Positions 52,227 through 62,896 of a stretch of 64,000 bases of DNA are shown one piece after another. Origin of the DNA: an uncultured delta proteobacterium (lineage in GTDB: Bacteria > Desulfobacterota > Desulfobacteria > Desulfobacterales > QNYZ01); NCBI GenBank assembly GCA_963845145.1, contig CAWJQU010000004.1:64001-128000 (forward strand), given 5' to 3'. Positions within the stretch are counted from its first letter, which is position 1, and each line of letters begins with the position of its first letter. The position numbers were made by a program, and so were the translations under genes. The notes beneath the pieces are model-generated. The model was not told where the DNA came from. It searched no databases and saw nothing but the letters and a program-made list of their open reading frames with translations.

Positions 52227-53258
52227 GTGAATAATCAAACACCAGCCATGTTTTTCAAAACGCTTGACATGGACAAAGATGGTTTCCTATCACGTACCGA
52301 TCTTAACGATTCTGCCAAACGATTAGGGTGGTCATGGCATGAAGCACCGCTTTTAGCAGTCTTTGATCTTTTAAGCATTTCAAAACCGATCCCGAAGAGT
52401 GAATTCATCGCTTTTATCCACCAAATCTACAATGATCCGCTGGGGCCATATGGCAATATTTTACTAAAATCACCGCTTTTTTTCCAAAACGAACGGTTGA
52501 GATCCAACAGGATTCCGAATGACAAAATGGCCGGGGAAGATAATCCAAATCAATTTCAAAAAGAAGGGGACTCTGGCCACTCGGATTTCGAAAGTCTTAC
52601 CGAGATTCTGGGGGACGCTGCCGGTTCAGAGGCTGCGCTAAAATATCAGTCTCTGCTTGAAACCCTTGCAATTGCCCATATCCCTGCAGATGATGCTGCA
52701 CTAATAATTATAGACCCGCAGCGATCTTTTACTGAGGGTGCCTGGATGCATTCGATAGGGTACGGTGGGGAGATGGATGTTATTCCGATTCGGTCAGCGT
52801 TCGACAACTGTTCGGCTTTATTAAATCGATTTTACGGCCAAATGGAGGTCATGTTTACCCGCTGCCCATTTCCTGCAGACAGCTACGGATGGGCCGGGCG
52901 ATTAGCTGACATTATTGATCGGGACCAGCTCTATTTTATCAAGCCTGGCAATAGTGTCCTTGTTCCACACACCAATGGATTCAGGCAATGGGTCAACCGC
53001 TGCATAGATCACGGGAAAAAAACGCTGATAATGGGCGGCTGCACGCTCACCAGTTGTGTGCGGGTCTCTTCGATTGAAATATCAAGAAAATTTAAGGCCA
53101 GAAACCTTCAAGTCGTTGTTGATTTAAGCTTATCCGGCGCTCGAACTAAAAACTATATTCCCTCACCCATTTTTAACGATCTTTCGGCTGTCGAATCCGC
53201 TGTTGTTCAAATGTTGGATGAGGGCATTCAGGTTGTTAGGCAGATTGAGTGGAATTAG
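52227..53258 (+). CDS. EF-hand plus isochorismatase-family cysteine hydrolase
   Basis: FKTLDMDKDGFLSRTDL EF-hand-like loop; IIIDPQ, FIKPG, GCTLTSCVRVS. Confidence 0.7.
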   Translation: MNNQTPAMFFKTLDMDKDGFLSRTDLNDSAKRLGWSWHEAPLLAVFDLLSISKPIPKSEFIAFIHQIYNDPLGPYGNILLKSPLFFQNERLRSNRIPNDKMAGEDNPNQFQKEGDSGHSDFESLTEILGDAAGSEAALKYQSLLETLAIAHIPADDAALIIIDPQRSFTEGAWMHSIGYGGEMDVIPIRSAFDNCSALLNRFYGQMEVMFTRCPFPADSYGWAGRLADIIDRDQLYFIKPGNSVLVPHTNGFRQWVNRCIDHGKKTLIMGGCTLTSCVRVSSIEISRKFKARNLQVVVDLSLSGARTKNYIPSPIFNDLSAVESAVVQMLDEGIQVVRQIEWN

Positions 53259-53385
53259 TTGCATCGAGCCCCAATTTCAACAATAAAGGCGGCCGTGCCG
53301 ATGCAGGCATCGCGCCCTATTATCAGTGTGTTGAGGATCGTTTTGAAACCTTCGAGCAGCGGACGCCACCACGCTCCAATTGCAG

Positions 53386-54309
53386 CTACGCCGTTTCAGC
53401 CATCTGGCGAACCGACAAAACCGGACAGGGGGTGCGTCGGACGACCCGGTCCGTCGTCGAACCGATGAACAGCTTTTCCACAAGGCTATAACCCCGAGCA
53501 CCCAAAACGACCAGATCGATGTTGTGATGCCCAGCATAACGAGTCAATACTTTGTAGGCAAATCCCTCAAGCAGCGATATTCGGGGCTGGCACCAGTGAC
53601 GTGCTTCCTTGGGCACTAATAGTGACAGTTTTGTATTCAACTTATCCCTCAATGTCTCCATATTCACTGAGCTGATGGCAGAACCCGGCATATCAAGATC
53701 AACGTAAACCGGTGGCTCGATGACATGTACCAAGTGCAATTCGGCCTCAAATTCCTGGGCAATACTCAGCCCATACTGAAAAGCGGCTTGTGAGTCCGGT
53801 GAAAAATCGCACCCGACCAGAACCCGTGAAAATTTCAAATCCTCCTGGGCCAGTCGTTGGAATTTTTCCTCAGATCCCCCGACAATAAACAAGGGACAAG
53901 GCAATGTGCGCATTAATCGTTCGGTAACCGATCCAAGCAAAAACCGCTTGAGGCCGGACCGGCCGTGGGTAGCGGTAATTACGAGGTCCACATCCTTCTC
54001 CCGGCTCAGCCGCACGATTTCATCAGAGATATGGCCAATGGTAATCAAGGGCTCCCAATCCACTAAGGACCCACTCATCAATTTATCAAATGTCTCCGTA
54101 ACCTGGTCAATAATTTGTCTGGATGCTTTTCCGGATCTCTCCTCACCGGTATATCCGTAATAGGTGGCCACAGCTGGCAGGCCAATGACGTGGCCGGCAT
54201 ATAATTTGGCATCGAACTCCCGGGCTAATTTCGATCCATATACCAGTGTTAAATTGGAGAAATCAGACATATCCGTCATACATGCGATTTTCTTGAACTG
54301 TACTCTCAT
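53386..54309 (-). CDS. Universal stress protein (tandem USP domains)
   Basis: DLVITATHGRSGLKRFLLGSVTE...PCP and DLVVLGARG...FIGSTT...PCPVL. Confidence 0.93.
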   Translation of the reverse strand: MRVQFKKIACMTDMSDFSNLTLVYGSKLAREFDAKLYAGHVIGLPAVATYYGYTGEERSGKASRQIIDQVTETFDKLMSGSLVDWEPLITIGHISDEIVRLSREKDVDLVITATHGRSGLKRFLLGSVTERLMRTLPCPLFIVGGSEEKFQRLAQEDLKFSRVLVGCDFSPDSQAAFQYGLSIAQEFEAELHLVHVIEPPVYVDLDMPGSAISSVNMETLRDKLNTKLSLLVPKEARHWCQPRISLLEGFAYKVLTRYAGHHNIDLVVLGARGYSLVEKLFIGSTTDRVVRRTPCPVLSVRQMAETA

Positions 54310-54728
54310 ACGTCATCCCTCCTTTCTTTCAGCTTTAAACCCTTAAAAACGACTCACTTCGCTCAATTTGGGCATTGGGTCTAACATGTGTTCCTAATAT
54401 GAGATATCCGATCGGTAAACCCCCATAGGCGGATCATCTTTCCAGGTTAACAGGGCTAGCAGTTTAAGGATGGTTATCAAAAGTATTTCAACGTCGACAG
54501 GGTCGGCAACTCACTGAAATATTCTATATGAACGGTCGTACAGCAGGAAGGATTAATATTTATAAATATGATACAGTATTCATCGGTCGTTGTCAATTTT
54601 TTGGATAAGATCCGAAGAGAGCATCGGGCGACATATAAATGATACAACAAAAAGCCCTGACGATCCCACGCACCCAAGCCATGCGTCTAGCTTGACTACT
54701 CTTTCATAAAGGCATACCTGAAGAAAAC

Positions 54729-55004
54729 ATGCATGATAATTCACGCATTTTAGCTCAAATCAGTAACCAACTTTTTCAAACGCTGGCCCGGGTATTTCCG
54801 GTAACATCGACCTCTGATGAGTTGCATGAATTCCCACAGATTGTGCCGGAAAACCCGTGCTGGGAGCACTGGGGTTGTTCTTCGAAAGACTACATTGATG
54901 ACATGGGCCAAAAACTAACCAGCTGGAAAAACCAACTGGCAATCATTTTCGGAGATGCTGCCGATAGTGACCTAATGAAAAATGGGTTGTCAGTGACCCC
55001 GTGA
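54729..55004 (+). CDS. Short hypothetical protein, possibly a truncated remnant
   Basis: 91-aa ORF downstream of a TTGACT promoter-like element; no complete domain recognised. Confidence 0.35.
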   Translation: MHDNSRILAQISNQLFQTLARVFPVTSTSDELHEFPQIVPENPCWEHWGCSSKDYIDDMGQKLTSWKNQLAIIFGDAADSDLMKNGLSVTP

Positions 55005-55052
55005 TATCTTGCCAATTAAGATAATTAACAAATTTTTGAAAGATTAAGAGAT

Positions 55053-56304
55053 ATGGTATCAACGCTTCTTTCCTTCGGGGCCCTTTTTACATCTGCCCTG
55101 TTTTTTTTGATGGGCGGTGGCGTGTTGAACACACTACTTAGCCTGCGCATGACTCAGATGGGATTTTCAACCCCGATAATCGGATTCACCCTGGCATGTT
55201 ATTTTCTGGGTCTAGTGTTGGGATATTTTTTATGCCACCACTTAATTTTTCGGGTTGGGCACATTCGATCCTTTGCCGTATTTGCTGCAGCTACCACAAT
55301 AATCATTATTTTACATGGACTCTATATATCACCCATTATCTGGGCAATTCTCAGGTTTTTTAGCGGAATTGCCAATTTCGGCTTATTTATGGTCATTGAG
55401 AGCTGGTTGAACGAGTGCACTGAAAACCAAACCCGGGGACGAGTTTTTTCCATCTATATGACCTTAACGTATATGGGAATCGGTATTGGGCAGCAGATTC
55501 TCAACTTTGGGGATGTCGGTGGGCAGGATTTGTTCTTGGTTGCGGCCCTTCTTTTTTCTTTGAGCCTGATCCCGGTATCCACTACACAATCCATTCATCC
55601 TGATTTGCCACAGCCGACCAGATACACTTTTAAGGCGCTTTTCGAGATAGTACCTCATCGGCATGCTAGGATGCTTTGCAGCCGGTCTGGTAAACAGCGC
55701 TTTTTTTTCGATGGCGCCGGTTTTCGGAACAAAAATCGGACTATCTGTCCTCCAATTGTCATGGCTAATGACAACAACCGTTATCGGCGGTTTCGCCGTG
55801 CAATGGATAATCGGAATCGTCTCCGATCGATTTGACCGGACAATTATATTGATTATCGTCCCTTGTCTGGTCGCATTATTCAGTGTGGTCATCATGACCA
55901 ACAAAGAAACTTCCTACCATCGGCTTCTTATTGAAATGGCCTTTTTCGGTGGACTTATATTTGCGGTTTACCCGGTAGCCGTTGCACGGGCAAATGATGT
56001 TTTCGAAGGTAAGGATGCGGTGGGAGTTAGCTCCGCTCTATTACTCTGTTACAGCATTGGTGCTGTTTTCGGACCTATACTATCATCAATCATAATGACA
56101 TTGATGAACACCCCTTATGGATTATATGTGTACTGGTCACTGGTCAGCGGTATATTTGCTGTAATTACCATTTATTTCAAACATAAAGAAAGAATCACAA
56201 TTATTGAGCCGGCAGATCAGGTTGATTTTATGCCCATGCAAAAGACATCATCCGTCGCAAGTACGATGGACCCCCGGACTGATGCTCAAGAAGCTATTAA
56301 TTGA
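55053..56304 (+). pseudogene. MFS transporter (YcaD-like), split by a frameshift near 55656
   Basis: RVGHIRSFA and VIESWLNE in the first frame; IGMLGC...GIVSDRFDR, YPVAVARAND in the second; extra c in gtacctCatcggc. Confidence 0.8.
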
Positions 56305-56658
56305 ATTCTGCCGTCTATACAACATGAGCCAAGGACTACAGAATAGTACATTTTGACTTCATATCATAACCCTCCCAAGACCATTGATAAGAGAATGAAA
56401 ATCACATACCCGTAAATATAAATACCAATTGGGTTCTTATGCTATCATGGCTAAATGTGCGACTGGTTGTATATTGATTGCAAAAATCAGTCATTTAGCC
56501 TATACACTGGCACTTATAAATCATACGTCTGTGCGGCTGGTGCTCAAAAGATCTGGTTCCTCATTTTTTGATTGCATTCTAATAAGGGCATATTTTCTTC
56601 CAGTCGTCCCTTTTCGATCAAATCGCAACTTGGTCCATACATAAAGGGTATATGCCTC

Positions 56659-57597
56659 TTGGTTTCATGTCACATTGAATACGATAAAGAGTTTGTGCTC
56701 GTGGTCGATGATGAGGAAATCATAAGTGATCCCATTGTACAGATGCTTAGGCATCTCGGTTTTCAGGCCGAATCAGCAAGTAATGGTAACGATGCATTAA
56801 AGGCCCTAAAAGAAAAGCGATATACCTTTTTGTTAACTGATATTAAAATGCCTCAGATGAAAGGTTTGGAGTTGATCAGGCGGGCGAGGGATGAATGTCC
56901 GCATGTGTTGACAATCGCTATGACGGGCTATCCCGAGGATTACAGCTATGTCGATGTCATTGAGTATGGTGCCTGCGATTTTATCACCAAGCCTTTTCAA
57001 TTGCCAGAGCTTGAAGCTAGAATCAGAAGGATCATAATTGAACGAAACACTCAACAAGAACTTAAACGATTGTCAACCACGGATTCATTGACAGGACTTT
57101 ACAACCAAAGACATTTCCATGATCGGCTCTGGGCTGAAGTTGAACGCGCAGAACGACAGACGGAACCGCTCGGTTTAATCTTTCTCGATTTGGATGATTT
57201 TAAAAAATATAATGATACTCACGGCCACTTAGAAGGAGACAAGTTACTGGAAAAGGTTGGCAGCATAATAAACACCAAGATCCGTCAAGGTGTGGATTCT
57301 GGCTATCGATATGGAGGGGATGAATTCGCCATCATTTTGATCGACGCAGACCCTGATATTATTCGAGCTATCCGAAAACGAATAGAAACATCTATCAATG
57401 AGGAATGCAATTTGAGTGTAAGTATTGGAAGTGCAAAGTTCACACATGGTTTAGGCCCGGAAGAATTTCTAACGAAAGCTGACAACCGTCTTTATGAAGC
57501 TAAGGCTATAAAAAATCGAGAAAGATCGAATACCCGGTTCGAGTGGAGCAAACGCACGCAGAACCTTTCACTAATTTGGAAATCAAAGATCAACTGA
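56659..57597 (+). CDS. Response-regulator diguanylate cyclase (REC-GGDEF); start uncertain
   Basis: VLVVDDE, LTDIKMP, FITKPF; TDSLTGLYN, DLDDFKKYND.HGH, YRYGGDEF. Confidence 0.92.
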   Translation: MVSCHIEYDKEFVLVVDDEEIISDPIVQMLRHLGFQAESASNGNDALKALKEKRYTFLLTDIKMPQMKGLELIRRARDECPHVLTIAMTGYPEDYSYVDVIEYGACDFITKPFQLPELEARIRRIIIERNTQQELKRLSTTDSLTGLYNQRHFHDRLWAEVERAERQTEPLGLIFLDLDDFKKYNDTHGHLEGDKLLEKVGSIINTKIRQGVDSGYRYGGDEFAIILIDADPDIIRAIRKRIETSINEECNLSVSIGSAKFTHGLGPEEFLTKADNRLYEAKAIKNRERSNTRFEWSKRTQNLSLIWKSKIN

Positions 57598-57763
57598 ACA
57601 CGTGTAATCGTAATAATTTTAGTAAGAATTTAAACATTTAGTTTTTTAGATTGGGTAATTACCAATACACTCTTTTCTGAGCCATATTCTTTTTTGAGCT
57701 AAGTGCCTCCATCCATCATTTCAATCAATTGTTAATTTGGAAATCCAATTAAAAAATGACGTA

Positions 57764-57911
57764 CTCTGCACCAATCTCTTGAGCGCTAAGGCTTTCGAAA
57801 ATACTCGACGTATCCAATGGGTATGCACCCCAAGGGCATTTCCTGCGGGGCATCTCTGTTTTTTTAAGGTCTTACCATCTCAAAATGTTGGCATTTAGCT
57901 TCGCAAAAAAT
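57764..57911. mobile_element. Degenerate inverted copy of family B element (copy 2) with ~27-bp insert
   Basis: ctctgcaccaatct.ttgagcgctaaggctttc.aaaatactcg...tagcttc.caaaaaat matches the reverse complement of about 28583-28703. Confidence 0.75.
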
Positions 57912-57920
57912 GGGGGAGGG

Positions 57921-58043
57921 TTGACATGGAAATTATGATGAATTATATATTGACTGACCGGTCGGTTTTTTTCAAATATCAACCGTTATGTATTGCACAA
58001 TTATATGAAATTTATATATTAATCTACCGACTGTTCAGTCAAA
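57921..58043 (+). promoter_or_regulatory. Sigma-70-like promoter and two TetR-type operator boxes
   Basis: TTGACA-N17-TATATA; ttgactgaccggtcggt (57950) and the inverted accgactgttcagtcaa (58026). Confidence 0.65.
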
Positions 58044-58059
58044 TATTAAGGATAAGGCT

Positions 58060-58680
58060 ATGTCAAAAGCGATGACATTTGAGGAAAAAAAGACACGGAT
58101 TATTAAAGCGGCATCCCGCGTGTTTGCCCGCAAGGGCTTTGCCGGTACGCTGATATCCGAAGTTGCGGGAGAGGCGGGAATCGGTAAGGGAACGGTCTAC
58201 GAGTATTTTAAAAGTAAGGAAGATCTGTTTTTTGCCGTCTTCGAATGGCTTTCTAATCAGAGCAATGAAGCCGTGAAAATCGATATCGCCGCGTTACGGG
58301 GAACGGCAGCGGAGCGTCTGGTCGTCATGAATGATTCGGTCATGAAAGCATGGATGAATGAGATGGATAATTTTGCCCTGGTCATGGAGTTCTGGGCGGC
58401 TTCTGCCTCTTCCACCATCCGTAACCGGTTTAAAGACGCCTTCAAAGTCACCTATGAGCAGTTCCGATATGTGGTGGGCGGGTTGATTCGAGATGGAATA
58501 GCTGGTGGCGAGTTCAGGCCCGATGTAGATCCGGATGCGGTGGCGGCATCCCTCGTGGGGACCTGGGATGCACTGCTGTTGCAGAGATGGTTCGAATCCA
58601 TCGAAGATCCACTGGCCTATTCTCGCGAATTTTTGAAAATCGTTTTAAGCGGTCTTTCAAAAAAAGTGGAAATAAATTGA
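58060..58680 (+). CDS. TetR/AcrR family regulator
   Basis: FARKGF.GT.ISEVA.EAGIGKGTVYEYFKSKEDLF. Confidence 0.95.
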   Translation: MSKAMTFEEKKTRIIKAASRVFARKGFAGTLISEVAGEAGIGKGTVYEYFKSKEDLFFAVFEWLSNQSNEAVKIDIAALRGTAAERLVVMNDSVMKAWMNEMDNFALVMEFWAASASSTIRNRFKDAFKVTYEQFRYVVGGLIRDGIAGGEFRPDVDPDAVAASLVGTWDALLLQRWFESIEDPLAYSREFLKIVLSGLSKKVEIN

Positions 58681-58734
58681 GTGTCTTCAATAAACCGATT
58701 TTTACGCTTTCAACAACTACGTCGGGGGAAAACC

Positions 58735-59496
58735 ATGAAATATAAAATATGTGGATGGGGTATCGCTGCAATTTTCATCATATTTACCGGTACGGCCATG
58801 GCCGAGAGCCCCAGTGCGGATCAGTTGGTTAAGGCCGGGTTTGAATATTACCGGGGAAAAGCTTCGGAATCCGTCGTCCAAATGGTCATTCACCGTCCGG
58901 ACTGGAACCGGGAAATGACGATGGCGGCGTGGACACAGGGAGACGCCGACAGCCTGATCCGGATTGAATCCCCGGCCAAAGATAAAGGCAACGGCACATT
59001 AAAAAAGGGAAAAGAGATGTGGATGTTCAACCCTAAGGTGAACCGGGTGATAAAACTCCCGCCGTCCATGATGTCCCAATCCTGGATGGGGTCGGATTTT
59101 TCCAATGATGATCTGGCAAAAACGGATAGCATTTTAAACGACTACACCCACACCATTGAGAGAACCGAAGAGATAAACGGTAAGCGCGTGTACTGGATAA
59201 AATCCATGCCCAAGCCCGACGCACCGGTTATCTGGGGTATGCAAAAATTAGCGGTGCGCGAAGACCATATTCTTCTGGCGCAGGCGTTCTATGATGAGGA
59301 CCTGGCGCTGGTGAAATCCATGAAGTGTTATGATATCAAAATGATGGATGACCGGCTGTTTCCGGTAAAATGGCGGATGGAAAAGGCTGATAGCGGCGAT
59401 AGTTATACTGAGCTGATATATAACAAGATAAGGTTCCTGGCATCGCTGCCGAGCAACGTGTTCACCGTTTCCAACCTGAAAAACCCGAGGAGATAA
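58735..59496 (+). CDS. LolA-like outer-membrane lipoprotein-sorting protein
   Basis: Signal peptide; SPAKDKG, MWMFNP, QSWMGSDFSNDD. Confidence 0.85.
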   Translation: MKYKICGWGIAAIFIIFTGTAMAESPSADQLVKAGFEYYRGKASESVVQMVIHRPDWNREMTMAAWTQGDADSLIRIESPAKDKGNGTLKKGKEMWMFNPKVNRVIKLPPSMMSQSWMGSDFSNDDLAKTDSILNDYTHTIERTEEINGKRVYWIKSMPKPDAPVIWGMQKLAVREDHILLAQAFYDEDLALVKSMKCYDIKMMDDRLFPVKWRMEKADSGDSYTELIYNKIRFLASLPSNVFTVSNLKNPRR

Positions 59497-59499
59497 TCG

Positions 59500-60774
59500 A
59501 TGTTCTCCATCGAACTCAAAATGGCCTGGCGCAATATCTGGCGAAATCCGCGCCGGACGATCCTGACTTCCTTGGCGATCTGTTTTGCCTGCGTCCTGTT
59601 GATCTTCATGTTGTCATTCCAGTTTGGGAGCTATGCGACAATGATCAACGCATCGGTGAAGATACACACCGGCCACCTGCAGATCCAGGCATCCGGGTAT
59701 CATGAGAAAAAGCGCATGCGGATGGTTGTGCCAAAACCCGAGAAAGTGGCATCCATTATCGAAACTATTGAAGAGGTGGACGCCTTCACCTTGCGTGCCA
59801 ATGCATTTTCATTGGTATCTTCGAAAAACCGGACTTACGGTGCGCTGGTGCTGGGAATAGATCCTACCAGGGAGTTACGGGTATCCACTTTGAAACGTAC
59901 CACTATCGAGGGAGCGTATTTTCCGGAAACGCTGATGGTATCAGAACTAGTACCGACGGCATCTGAGCTAGTACCGGCCATGGTAGGCCATTTATTGGCA
60001 AAAAATCTTGGCCTTTCCGTGGGGGATGAACTCACCATCATGGGGCAGGGACGTGACGGGTCGGTAGCGGCCACCGTGGCAACGGTAATCGGTAAATACA
60101 AATCCGGCCTGGATGATTTCGATCGAAATACCGTTCAAATTCCCTTGAAACAATTCCAGGAAATATATGCCATGGGCGAGGCGGTTCATGAAGTGGTTGT
60201 TATCGGGAACACCCTGAAAAACGTGCCTCGGATTAAAAAAGCCGTGGTTGAGGGCATCGCGAAACAATACCCGGAAGCCGACCTGGCCGTTCTGGACTGG
60301 GAGGCCCTGGTGCCGGGGTTGAGGCAGGCGATCTCCATGGATCTGGTCATGGGTGTCATCATGTATTTTATCCTGGTTATTGTGGTGGCATTCAGCATCC
60401 TCAATACCTTCCTGATGGCCATATTCGAACGGACCCATGAATTCGGCGTACTCATGGCCATCGGCACGAAGCCGGGCCGGTTGACCAAGGTGCTGATCGC
60501 TGAATCGGCCATGCTCACATTTCTCGGTATAATCTCCGGGATGATTACCGGTATACTGATCACGCTCTATTTCCAGTCTACGGGTGTGGATGTCTCCGGC
60601 TCGTCCGAACTACTCAGTCAGTACGGCATTTCAGGGAAAATTTATCCGCGGCTATCGTGGTTTACCATGCTTGCCGGGCCTTTTGCTGTATTCGTCATCA
60701 CCTTTCTATCGGCCCTGTATCCGGCTCTCAAAATTCGTAAGATGAAACCAATAGAAGCGATGAGCCATGTATGA
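59500..60774 (+). CDS. ABC transporter permease (FtsX/LolE-like)
   Basis: AWRNIWRNPRRT, MAIFERTHEFG...AIG, LYPA. Confidence 0.92.
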   Translation: MFSIELKMAWRNIWRNPRRTILTSLAICFACVLLIFMLSFQFGSYATMINASVKIHTGHLQIQASGYHEKKRMRMVVPKPEKVASIIETIEEVDAFTLRANAFSLVSSKNRTYGALVLGIDPTRELRVSTLKRTTIEGAYFPETLMVSELVPTASELVPAMVGHLLAKNLGLSVGDELTIMGQGRDGSVAATVATVIGKYKSGLDDFDRNTVQIPLKQFQEIYAMGEAVHEVVVIGNTLKNVPRIKKAVVEGIAKQYPEADLAVLDWEALVPGLRQAISMDLVMGVIMYFILVIVVAFSILNTFLMAIFERTHEFGVLMAIGTKPGRLTKVLIAESAMLTFLGIISGMITGILITLYFQSTGVDVSGSSELLSQYGISGKIYPRLSWFTMLAGPFAVFVITFLSALYPALKIRKMKPIEAMSHV

Positions 60775-60840
60775 CGAGTGTATAGCGAGTTAAATCATGA
60801 CAAGATAGCGGGCGTTTAGAAAAGCGCATAGAGGAAAAAG

Positions 60841-62067
60841 ATGGACATCAAAATAGCCTGGCGCAACATCTGGCGAAACCCCCGAAGAACGGCGGTCATT
60901 CTCATTGCCGTAATCATCGGTATCTGGAGTATGGTATTTCTCGGCGGCCTGATGCGAGGGATTGAGGCGGGGATGATCGAAAATGGGATCTCCACATTAA
61001 CCGGAGATATCCAGATCCATAAAAAAGGGTTTCGCGACGACCCGGTTATCGAAAACAGTATGGATAATCCTGATCGGGTGCGGACCGTCCTTTCCCGGGT
61101 ATTGCCGCCTGAGGCTCACAGTGCTTTTCGTATCCGCTTGGATGCCGTCGCGAGCAATGCCCGGCATTCCACCGGGGTAACGCTGGTGGGGATAGACCCG
61201 CCGGACGAAGCCAAAGTATCGTTCATTGGCGATGCGGTGACGGAGGGCACTTATCTGGCAAAGACGGATACCAATGGTATCCTGGTTGGCAAAGAACTCC
61301 TGGAGACCTTTGAGACCAAATTGGGACGGAAAATTATTCTCATGGCCCAGGACACTACAGGGGAAGTGGCCTCAAAAGCCTTTCGCATTGTTGGCGTGTT
61401 CCAGGCGGAGATGAAAGCAACGGAAAAACAATTTGTCTTTGTCACCAGAAGAGCCGCCCAAAAGATGCTTCGGTTTGGGAACCGGGTGTCGGAGGTATCG
61501 GTAGTGCTGCCCGCGCATAAAAAAAGTCGTTCGGTGGCGGCATCATTACAAAATGAACTGGGCGATACAGGCGCGTTTGAAGTAAACAACTGGCGGGAGC
61601 TTCTTCCGGTTTTAAATGCTTATCTGGAGATGTCCAGCGCGATTATTTTTATCTGGTATGTGGTGGTGTTTATCGCCATGGGGTTCGGCCTGACCAACAC
61701 GACCCTGATGGCGGTTTTTGAACGCATGCGGGAATTCGGATTGCTCAAGGCGCTGGGTATGCGCCCCATTCGTATCATTCGCCAGGTATTGATAGAATCC
61801 AGTATCATTTTGTTGATCGGTATGGTCATCGGAAATTTTTTGGGCATACTCAGTATACTCCTTTTGAAAAATACGGGAATTGATCTGTCGAGCCTGGCGG
61901 CCGGTGTCGAATATGCCGGCATGTCGAGAATAATATATCCCGTGCTGCTGAGCGCTGATGTCGTTATATCCAACTTGGTGGTATTTCTACTGGGCGCCAT
62001 CGTCAGCCTCTACCCGGCGACCAAGGCGGCGCGGTTTACGCCGATTCAAGCGATGGCGCATACCTAA
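60841..62067 (+). CDS. ABC transporter permease (FtsX/LolE-like)
   Basis: AWRNIWRNPRRT, MAVFERMREFG..KALG, LYPA. Confidence 0.92.
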   Translation: MDIKIAWRNIWRNPRRTAVILIAVIIGIWSMVFLGGLMRGIEAGMIENGISTLTGDIQIHKKGFRDDPVIENSMDNPDRVRTVLSRVLPPEAHSAFRIRLDAVASNARHSTGVTLVGIDPPDEAKVSFIGDAVTEGTYLAKTDTNGILVGKELLETFETKLGRKIILMAQDTTGEVASKAFRIVGVFQAEMKATEKQFVFVTRRAAQKMLRFGNRVSEVSVVLPAHKKSRSVAASLQNELGDTGAFEVNNWRELLPVLNAYLEMSSAIIFIWYVVVFIAMGFGLTNTTLMAVFERMREFGLLKALGMRPIRIIRQVLIESSIILLIGMVIGNFLGILSILLLKNTGIDLSSLAAGVEYAGMSRIIYPVLLSADVVISNLVVFLLGAIVSLYPATKAARFTPIQAMAHT

Positions 62068-62207
62068 TGTTGATACCTGGTTGCTGATGCTTGGGTGTTG
62101 ATACTCGAGGTAGTAACTGGGAGACAATTTTGGGGAGCTATGATCAAAAACCTACCCGTTCAAATGGATGCTGTCAGAGTAAAAGAACCAAATCGGATTG
62201 TCGGAGA

Positions 62208-62894
62208 ATGAATATGAAGAGTCCCATTGTTGAGTGCAGAGGTATTGAAAAGAAGTACATGCAGGGTAAAGTTGAGGTGACCGCGCTGAAACAGGTCGAC
62301 CTTGATATCGAAAAAGGGGGATTTGTCGCGCTGGCCGGCCCTTCCGGCTCAGGCAAAACCACTTTGTTGAATCTTATCGGAGGCCTGGACACAGCCAATG
62401 CCGGAACAGTGGTGGTGAACGGAAAGGATTTTTCAAAACTCAGTGCATCCGGGTTGGCCGAATTGAGACTGCATGAAATTGGGTTTGTATTTCAGGCGTA
62501 CAATCTGATTCCGGTCCTTTCCGCCCAGGAAAATGTGGAGTATGTCATGCTTCTGCAGGGGGTAAGTGCCGTTGAACGCCGGGAACGATCAAGGGCGATT
62601 TTAGACGAGGTTGGCCTTGCCGATAAATACGACCGGAGACCTTCGGAACTATCCGGGGGGCAGCAGCAACGGGTTGCTGTGGCGCGTGCCATTGTCTCCG
62701 ATCCTTCCATTGTGCTTGCCGATGAACCCACCGCCAACCTGGATTCCAAAACCGGGGAAAGCCTTCTAATGATAATGAAAAAGATGAATGAAAATAAGAA
62801 GGTGACATTTATCTTCTCTACCCATGACAAGATGGTCATGGATTGCGCCGAGCGGCTGGTCATGATTCAGGATGGAAGGATTGTTGAATATTAA
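62208..62894 (+). CDS. ABC transporter ATP-binding protein (LolD-like)
   Basis: [37 protein letters not shown]. Confidence 0.93.
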   Translation: MNMKSPIVECRGIEKKYMQGKVEVTALKQVDLDIEKGGFVALAGPSGSGKTTLLNLIGGLDTANAGTVVVNGKDFSKLSASGLAELRLHEIGFVFQAYNLIPVLSAQENVEYVMLLQGVSAVERRERSRAILDEVGLADKYDRRPSELSGGQQQRVAVARAIVSDPSIVLADEPTANLDSKTGESLLMIMKKMNENKKVTFIFSTHDKMVMDCAERLVMIQDGRIVEY

Positions 62895-62896
62895 AA

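Noticed and set aside
54345..54384. Possible end of another repeat family (aaaaacgactcacttcgctcaatttgggca)
   Set aside because: No second copy or partner inverted repeat found in the window
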